From the NCBI RefSeq assembly GCF_018977255.1, contig NW_024704751.1:13144001-13208000 (forward strand): a DNA stretch of 64,000 bases, given 5' to 3'. How positions within the stretch are numbered: position 1 is the stretch's first letter; each line of letters opens with the position of its first letter. A model generated the notes under the pieces. It was not told where the DNA came from. It searched no databases and was given only the letters and a program-made list of their open reading frames with translations. Shown in pieces: positions 37,015 through 64,000 of this stretch. Both the position numbers and the translations under genes were made by a program. This DNA comes from Callorhinchus milii. Lineage: Eukaryota.

Positions 37015-37352
37015 TGGAGACCTGTAGCTCAGTGGTTAGAGCACTCGCTTTGCAAGCGAGAGACCCGAGTTCATTTCCAGGCAGAGGGCGAAACCTTGGG
37101 CAAGTGTCCTTACTCCACACAGAGCCTAATAATAATAATCCCTCCAAAACCCCCCCAAAAATAATAAAAATTGGTCATTTTCAATCTACGACTGTTTGTG
37201 GGACATTGCTGTGCGCAATTGGCTGCCGCGTTCGCCCACAAATATACAGTCAATTCACTTTACAGTGTGTTCTGTGAAGCGCTTTGGGACGTCCTCCCGA
37301 CGTGAAAAGCGCTATATCAAATGCAAGGATTATTATTATTATTATTATTATT
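37015..37352 (+). mobile_element. Full-length tRNA-derived DeuSINE-like SINE, inserted in a CR1 fragment
   Basis: A box TAGCTCAGTGG, TTTGCAA loop, B box GAGTTCATTTCC, core TGCTGTGCGCAATTGGCTGCCGCG, LINE-like tail, (ATT)n. Confidence 0.9.
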
Positions 37353-37598
37353 ATGAGCGCCGTTAGTTTAAATGGAAAGGCAATGGCTAGCTGGCACCAC
37401 CCAATGTCTGCGCGCGGTTTAGGTTTGGTTACTTGTTTCTCCTTCAAGTCGAGTCACTGCTGTAACTGTTAACAATTTGTTTATCGATGTGTCATAGGTT
37501 TTGGGTTATAGGTACATAGGAACAGGAGTAGGTCATTCAGCCCTTCAAGTCCATTCCGCCATTCTATTATATCATAACTGACCTGTACCTGACTCGTG

Positions 37599-37991
37599 TG
37601 GAGTCCTGTCGCTCAGTGGTTAGAGCACTCGCTTTGCAAGTGAGAGACCTGAGTTCAATTCCCGGCAGAGGGCGAAACCTTGGGCAAGTTTCCTTACTCC
37701 ACACAGAGCCCTAATAATAATCCCTCCAAAACAAAACAATAATAAATTGGTCATTTTCAATCCACGACTGTTTGTGGGACATTGCTGTGTGCAATTGGCT
37801 GCATTTACAGTTATCTCCCTCTTGTGGGTTATACAGCTCAATCATGGATAGAACAGGTTCTGCCTCAATGACCCTCATTTCGCCCACAAATATACGGTCA
37901 ATTCACTTTACAGTCTATTCTGTGAAGCGCTTTGGGACGTCGAGAAGACGTGAAAAGTGCTATATCAAATACAAGGATTATTATTATTATT
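37599..37991 (+). mobile_element. Full-length SINE carrying an ~80-bp foreign insert, nested in a CR1 3' end
   Basis: tRNA-like head and tail as at 37015; insert at 37801-37878. Confidence 0.85.
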
Positions 37992-38380
37992 TCCTCAACT
38001 CTAAATACCCGCCTTTGCCCCATATCCCTTGATATCCTGACCTAATAAAAATCGATTCACAAAAGCAGTCTTGAAAATTTTAAAAGATCCAGTATCCACA
38101 GCCTTTTTTGGGGGAAGAGAGTTTCAGATTTCAACAACATTATGTTTAGCACTCAGACTTCTTTTTTTAAAAAAAGTAAATAAAAGTTTTTGGGTATTAG
38201 AGAAAATAGGTTTCAAAAAACAAACTTAATGGTGGCTCACTAGTTTTAGTAATGAATTTTCCTGTTATAATCATATGGTAGCTGAGTAACCTACTGGTCC
38301 TAGATGTTGATTCTCTATAAATGACTAACTGGTTTAGTAACTAATTCATTAAATGGATTTAGCAAGACAAATCAGATGAA

Positions 38381-38490
38381 TAATAACAATCCTTGCATTT
38401 GATATAGAGCTTTTCACATCTTCTCGATGTCTCAAAGCGCTTCACAGAATAGACTGTAAAGTGAATTGACTCTATATTTGTGGGCGAAAC
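38381..38490 (-). mobile_element. SINE 3' half, inverted relative to the copy at 37599
   Basis: Reverse-complement family tail. Confidence 0.8.
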
Positions 38491-39014
38491 GAGGGTCAAT
38501 GAGGGTCATTGAGGCAGAACATGTTCTATCCATGATTCAGCTGTATAACCCACAAGAGGGAGATTACTGTAAATGCAGTCGAAGAGATATAGGTGACCTC
38601 CTGATGTGAAAGGTGCTAAATTAATGTAAATTGTTGCAGATTTATAGACAGAAAATATCACCTCTAGGGATATTGATTCCATGGGTACAAACTAGAGCAC
38701 TGTGCTTACTAAGTCTTACTTTGGCTCATTTGTTCGAAATAAAGGAAAGACTTGTTTTTATGATAACAGATTTATTTGTTTGTATTTTGAATTTGTAAAT
38801 GAAAAGTCTAAAATTGTTGGTTCTGATAACTCCATTATTCAGTTTTAACCACTGAACCCAGAGGTTATATAACCTCTCAGATTATACAAAATATAGTGTT
38901 TCAAAGTCTTTATCAACATCAGAAAATATAGCATAAATAACACAGCTGAGAGTGCCTTGCATTTCCTAAATTATTTTTATTAGGAGGTTCATTGTGAGGC
39001 TGGTTTCATTGCAG

Positions 39015-40753
39015 TTACATTCGACGGCTTTTCCTGATCATGGTGGCCTTTCCTGCAGTAAGTTTCTGTTAAAAAAGGTTAAGCACAAAGTGGTTTCAGT
39101 GCCATGCACATTGCCATTCCAATTTACAACAGATACAAGCCTGCCCTGAGCACGAAGGTGACGGTACAGCCAGTCTGGCTCATTGACCTGGAAGGGCAGA
39201 CCAGTCACTGGGCGCAGGCAGGGAATCAACCCACTCAGCTCCTGCTAATCCAGCAGGTCAAAGCCCTAACGAGTAGCGTGATCCTTGCTGGACGAGCAGC
39301 GGGAAAAGTTGTATTTGTGACACTTAAGTCCTTCACTGACATTGGAAAGTGGCTTATTATCTGCATTGATCAAGAGGACTTTTCAGCCACTCTATTGTCT
39401 TCTACTCACTTCAATCATTTCATTTCCCTGGACCTCCTGAATGTGGGTGAAGCTTTTCAATTTGCACACAAGCTTCCCGTCCTCCAGTTGAACAGTGCAC
39501 TGAATGAAAGGAAAGCTCATCAAAGAAATCTAGTCATACATACAATATATATTTAAACGTGAGGACAGTCAATGGATGGCGAGCATGTGGAACAACTGAG
39601 GTGTGTAGGGGAGGGAGCAGCAGCAACATGTGTTACCTAGAGTAGTAATGGCATAGAAACAGGCCATTCGGCCCAACGGAATAAAACTCGCAGTCGCAAC
39701 ACTGTACACAGTATATCCTGTGAAGTGCTTTGGGACATCCTCCCAACGTGAAAGGCGCTATCCCAATGTAAGGATTATTATGATTGATACTATGTTAGCT
39801 GTGTACTTGGCTGACTCTAAATTCCATTTTCCAGTCTAAAAATGCGCCAAATGTCCTCGGTCTTCCTACCAGTTAAATTGGTTTGCCATAGTCCGGTGCA
39901 TTTGTTCTGATTTAAGCTTGTTTGCCACACAGAGCATTATGGAAAATATCGCATGGCAACTCAACAGGGGAATAGGGTGGGGTGGGGGCTTAGGTGCAGC
40001 ATAAACACTGGCACGGACGAGTTGGGATGGTGGGTTGTGTTTCTGTGGCCTTAGGGGATAAATAAAGAGGGCAACACGTACCTTCAGTTTTTTACCATCC
40101 ATGGAGGTGATTTCCGCCTCTTTCCCCACGGTGAACTCATTTGTCACTGTCTGCTGTGAGGTTTTGACTACGATGACAAAGTGTTCTCCAGTTTGTTTGA
40201 TGTCAATGACTGGTTTGATGTCCTTCCCAATCTTAATTACTTCTTCTGGAAGGGCTGTAAGATTTAGCATCAAGTCAATGCTGCAGACATTGGTTAATAG
40301 TGGAGTCGTACAATGTTTTGGTTGGAGCGCTCCCCTCACAAGTGAGAGGACCCAAGTTTGATTCCCAGGCTTACTCCACATGCCTCTTTTTACCTAGCAA
40401 TTATATAATAATAATAATAATCCTTGCATTTGATAATAAGTAGGAACCCGGTTGTTAGTCGATTGGAAGATCACTTTTTGGGGATAATAATCCATTCAAA
40501 AAAATAAAGTAAAACAAAATAATTTGGTCACTCAATCCACGACTATTTATGGGACACTGTTCGCAATTCACTGTCACATTTCTTGCACAAAATATAGTCA
40601 ATTCACTTTACAGTATATCCTGTGAAGTGCTTTGAGCTATCTCAATGATGTGATAGGGCACTGTATCAAATGAAGAAACAACTTACAGAGAGCTCTTAGA
40701 AAATCCTCAATGTTCTCCTGTGAATAGACTTGCCATGTCCCAGAGAATGCCAT
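39015..40753 (-). CDS. fabp10: Liver basic fatty acid / bile acid-binding protein, 126 aa
   Basis: Exons 40753-40687, 40254-40082, 39499-39410, 39065-39015: [56 protein letters not shown]. Canonical 4-exon FABP structure; AATAAA at 38981-38976. Confidence 0.93.
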
Positions 40754-40824
40754 CATTCCAGTTGTGAGCTTCTACCTTGTTGAGATACTTGGCAAGGGAA
40801 AGTGATGGAAAGATCTTACCTAGC

Positions 40825-41045
40825 ATTTATACCTAACGGTGAATCAGATAAATTTAGATATGCTACTAAATTAGCTTTGCAGCTTGTCAGAAGGTTTGAG
40901 TCTAATCATTAACTTCAAGGGGATCAATGTCAGAAAGTCTCCACTGTACAAACATCCAAAGTTTATTCTTAATGCCAATAACCCAACATTTACCACAACC
41001 TGCTCATAACATGTAATGGCCTTTTTTCCCCAAGGTCAATGTCCT
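40825..41045 (-). promoter_or_regulatory. Liver-type promoter of fabp10
   Basis: TATAAAT 40831-40825; GATA site ~40846; HNF1-like GTTAATGATTAGA 40913-40901; IR1-like sites 40921-40933 and 41033-41045. Confidence 0.7.
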
Positions 41046-41696
41046 TCTACAGCAACGGAATAATACAAATTGGCTGAGTAGTGCTTAATGGATTTTTTTA
41101 ATATGTAGACCGAAATATGACTTTCTCTAATCCTTTACAAGTCTCTACAGCCAACCGAGCCAACACAATCCATGTTTTGCCATCTTTATGTAATTTATTG
41201 CCAAGTTCTGCTAATGGACCCTCATCACAAACCAACTCAATGGGTAAAGTTGGAAAGTCCTGAAATTGATTGGAAACTCATATGTTGGTTGAACTTTTGT
41301 GAACTGACACTGACACATTATCTTCACAAAGAGATTGTTTGGTTCCAGTATGTTTTGTGGGGCAGAAAGGGGAGAAATAGGTTTTGATTGATAGCTTTTT
41401 TAAAGACGTTTGGGACATAACCTAATCAAGATTGCTCAAATTCTAACCACACCCAGTAAACATTTTCAGAACAATCTTTTGTGATGTTGGGAGCCTTAAG
41501 TTTAGGGCCATAAGTTCATTGCCATTATTCTAACTTGGCTCTCGTTCTATCAGTTTATCTACATTCAATGTAGACAAATGTGTTTGAAAGGGCATCATCA
41601 TTAGTTAAAAACATTGACATTTCATTTCACTATACCTAGAAACAGAGATATGTCACAGTGCAATAACAGCAATTCTCTGTGTTAAAATAATAAATA

Positions 41697-41950
41697 AGAA
41701 TAATCCTTGCATTTGATGTAGCGCTTTTCACGTCTTTTAAACATCGGTTCACAGAATATACCGTGAAATGAATTGACTGTATATTTGTGGGCGAAAAGCG
41801 GCAAACAATTGTGCACAACAGTGTCCCACAAACAGCTGTCGATTGAGTGACCAAATTATTATTTTATTTATTTTTCTTGAGAGATTATCAGGCATGTGAA
41901 GTTTGGAAACTTGCCCAAGATTTTGCACTGCTGGGAATTGAACCCAGGTC
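41697..41950 (-). mobile_element. Near full-length SINE
   Basis: Reverse-complement B box, core and tail. Confidence 0.75.
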
Positions 41951-44432
41951 TCTGAACAGACATGAAACTGGAGGATTAATTTATCTGGAGGATCTTTTTG
42001 GGTCGCGTGAAACTCCTTTCTCTTTTCGAATAGCTCATTGGGATCTTTAACCTCCATCCGAATAAGCACAGACTGCGTTTTGCTTCATCCGAAGGGTAGC
42101 ACCGGAGAGCTCCCGCGGAACTGCAATGAAGATTTGAACTCTAGTCTGTGATGCAGCTTGAATCTATGACCTTCTTGACCCAGAGGAGAGAAGGTTATCC
42201 ACTAAGCCAAATTGTGGATCTACTAGTTGGATATAGTGTATATTCAGGTCAGGGGAGTGTTAATACGTATTTAGTTGGGTAGTTTATCAATATGGATATT
42301 TAGTTATGAATATTAATTCACCAAATATAGCCATTTGTATAGGTGTATCAGATTAATGTATTTAATGAACTGACAAAGCATTCTCTGCTTGTACTTGGCT
42401 CTTCGCTGGCTAAAGCAAACCGTGAACTGTCTAGTCTGGAAGTCAAGTTTGAGCATCTCTATTTGCTTAACCTGATCTGCGCCGCAGGTCATCGAAGTCG
42501 GTGAATTAGAGTGTTGAAAGAAATGGGGCCACGTTCATCTGTTGACGAAGCGACTGAAAGATAAGGAAAGGTGGGATGTTCCGCACAGCAAAACACAATT
42601 GCCCTGGACACTACCAATGTGAACTGATCAGTTACCCAAACCAGTTGGACTTCTCAGACTGCTTTATTGTACAGCGTACAATCACACACTTGAAATTTAA
42701 GTCGTCATTCTGACCTGGTTATCTCCAAATTCTCTCATTTCATACTCACTCTCCATCATTCCCATTCTTTACTGTAAATGGCTTGACGTTGCTTTTGCTT
42801 CATGTAATTTGTGGTTTATTGTAGATTCATGATAAAACTTGGTGTTTTCTACACTTCAGTGCGACTTCTGTATAATTTATAATCATTCCTGTGTTAAAAC
42901 AACATGTTGTTTCTGTGATCTCTGCGTGCGTGTCTTAATGCTGGAATGTGTCTGTTTCAAAACATTCTTCCATTCCTGTGGGCTGCGATTATCTTTAGTT
43001 CTTTCTACCACACCTTGGATGCATTGAGTCTGTCCTTTCCTTTCAAAAAGCTCTTTGTACACTGTAGTATAATTACCAACCATGCCGCCTTCACCCTTAT
43101 TTCAAAGGCATTTATCCTTTAAGAATCAATCAGTCCTGCCTGACCCACAGTCTCACTGTGAGAAGATGACATGAATCAGCAAAACTGCTCACGCGAAAGC
43201 CAATTTTACGTTGGGCAAATGCTTTCTAGATAAACAGGTCCTTGTTACGTCCATCTCCATTATCTCTTAACACCTTATAGCACAGAATTCATTTCTATTA
43301 TGGAATATTGCTATTCCACCTTTGAGTCTCACCTCAGTCTAAATCCCCAGCTACTTCTCAGGCCGTTGCCCGGACGTACCGTGACACTGGATTTAGCAGA
43401 AGCAGCCAGAAACCTTTGGTAGAACTGTTGTGGTTGCGTACGGGGTAGGTTGTTGACCTCAAAGATCTGAGTTACATCAAGCAGCTTATCAGTAAACCTT
43501 TGCTTCAAGGTTATCTTTATTCTCAGTATAATTTTTTTTAGATGTAATATATGGCAACATACTGCCTATTTAAGGCAAAGCCCTGTATGACTGATCCCTT
43601 AAAGCATTAGGGGAAATAATTCCTGTTGTGGCCTTGAAATTAAAGACCTGGTAATATTCTGTAAAGCTCTATTTATTAATCCCGTCTCCCAAATATCCTG
43701 GCACGTCAACTAATTACATAAAATGCTGGTCATTCATGTGGATTTATATAACAGTACAATTATGAATACATTTTAGCATTACAGTAGAAGTTTTTTTTTG
43801 ATCGAATTGCTGCATTAAATATTATTTTTTGTACATATTACATTGCACCATAGATTGAATCAAATTTGTTAACTGCAGAGTATAATGATATTAGCAGAAA
43901 AAAAACCCTCTCTAACTCTCCCCTGGCTCTAAGTGAACATTATCTAATGCTATCTCTGTGTCAGGTTGGTTTGTTCAGCAATGTCATTGTGCTGATGGCT
44001 TGGAGGTCACTGATCTTAACTGAGGAGACCTAATACTCTCCGGAATTAGGTGAGTAGGGAACAACCCTCTAAGCAGAGAGAGAGTGCATTCCATTCCACA
44101 CAGAAATATACACGTGCAGGCCACACACCTAAAACTCTCAGTCTGGTTTCGATACTCTTAAGAATACTGGTGGGTTTCAGTCACTCGTCCTGACAAAAAC
44201 AAAACCCTAAGGAAGAAGATCGTCTCAGCCAAAACAAAACATAAAAACTGCGCTGAAAACCGCAAGCAATGCACCAAACAAAACAACCCAACATTCAAAA
44301 AATGAGTTACAGGATATAATCCTTTCTGACTTTATTCACATCATGTAAAATAGAGCACAAACAAATGTCTGCACATCAATGATTGGAAACTCAATGGATG
44401 TGTTACATGAGCAACAGCGTTCATAAAAAGGA

Positions 44433-44765
44433 AACGCAAAATACTGCAGATGCTGGAAATCTGAAAACAAAAGCAGAAAGTGGCTGGGAACACTCAGCGG
44501 GTCAGGCAGCACCTATGGAGAAAGGAAAGTGTGTCAAAGTTTCGTGTCCATTGTTTGGGACACAGAGATAGCATTAGGTAATGCTCACTGACAGACGGGG
44601 AGAGTTAGAGAGGGCTTTTATTTCGCTAATATCATTATACTCTGCGGTTAACAAATTTGATTCAGTTCTGACCGAGGGTCGTGGACCCGAAACTTTGACT
44701 CACTTTCCTTTCTCCATAGATGCTGCCTGACCTGCTGAGTGTTCCCAGCGACTTCTGGTTTTATT
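44433..44765. mobile_element. Non-autonomous fold-back element (Penelope-like), flanked by a 13-bp TSD
   Basis: Inverted arms 44463-44550 and 44682-44768; TTCATAAAAAGGA at 44420-44432 and 44766-44778; hammerhead-like core at 44664-44700. Confidence 0.75.
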
Positions 44766-45461
44766 TTCATAAAAAGGAGTCTGACTGTAATCCCCTCTGT
44801 TAGGGCTCATCCACTCCATGATACCAGTGGAGTTGTTCTGCATGGAAAACATTAGGGAAGGATCACAGGTACTAAAACCTATTGCTGTAATGACTTAGTG
44901 GGAGTAAAAGAAAGATACCTACTATCTGATTGCACTGATATCACTAACAGGAGGCAATGTTGTTCAAAGGAATCCCGTAGTTCAACCTATTAATGCTCAC
45001 TTCAATGGCCCCAAAATAAGGAGTCCTGCAACTTGCAATATTTAGAGAATAATTTATTTCCCCCCGAAAAAGTATAAGTACCTATTGCTGGTTTGATTAT
45101 TTATCATTTATACTTTCCCCTCACAGGTCGAAGTTTCCCTTCAGTCTCAGGCAAACACAGCTAATTTCTATCAAAACCCAAAGAATCCCGGAACTAAAGT
45201 TATCCCTAAAGCAGATCCACTCAAAAAAGGGCGACGTGATCAAAGACGCTTATTAATTCCAGTATAGTCCTAAATTTTTTTAATCACTGTATTGTTTTCA
45301 CCTCAAGTAGTCTGACAAAAAAAACTAAATGATATGGTTTTGTGCCAATGAAAGGATGAACGTTTTATCCATAATAATCTTTGCATTTGATATAGCGCCT
45401 TATCACGTCGTTGAGACGTCTCAAAACCTTGGTGCAATAGTGTTGCAATCCAGAGCGCTTT

Positions 45462-63841
<18,380 letters not shown>

Positions 63842-63901
63842 CTGTAGGAAGGCAGTGAGCGTCAAGCACTGAAATTCTTCTGTAGTCAAATGACAGGGTT
63901 T

Positions 63902-64000
63902 GATCATAGAATCATACTGCAGAGAAGGAAGCCATTCAGTCCATCGTGCCTGTGCTGGCTCTTTGAAAGAGCTATCGCAATAGTTCCTCTGCCCCACTCT
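63902..64000 (-). mobile_element. CR1-type LINE 3' terminus
   Basis: ATCATAGAATCAT..GCCATTCAGTCCATCG, similar to 2385-2490. Confidence 0.65.

Noticed and set aside
37015-37090. tRNA-Ala(TGC)-like sequence (also 37600 and 61075-61149)
   Set aside because: No proper acceptor stem and continuous with SINE body and tail, so these are SINE heads
39104-39556. 150-aa plus-strand ORF antisense to fabp10
   Set aside because: No recognisable domain; overlaps an intron and exon 3 of the real gene

Overview
Vertebrate genomic DNA with introns, CpG-island promoters and two N-gaps. It is most likely from a cartilaginous fish (inference from the shark-type liver basic FABP, DeuSINE-like SINEs, L2/CR1 LINEs and compact introns; possibly a holocephalan). 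Gene order: a B7/CD276-like Ig gene (minus, runs off the left edge), a partly gapped duplicated region, PNRC2 (plus), SRSF10 (minus), a beta-type connexin (plus), liver basic FABP/fabp10 (minus), and the 3' 27 exons of a myomesin, MYOM3 by synteny (minus, runs off the right edge). Highlights: (1) the SRSF10 U12 intron appears to end in AT rather than AC and holds a poison exon plus two diverged ~250-nt copies of a motif-conserved element; (2) a spliced 59-codon uORF in the PNRC2 leader; (3) a B7-like IgC domain with both cysteines replaced by Phe; (4) two FXR-type IR1 sites in the fabp10 promoter; (5) a TSD-flanked fold-back element with a hammerhead-like core downstream of the MYOM3 stop. All coordinates were read by eye and no database searches were run.
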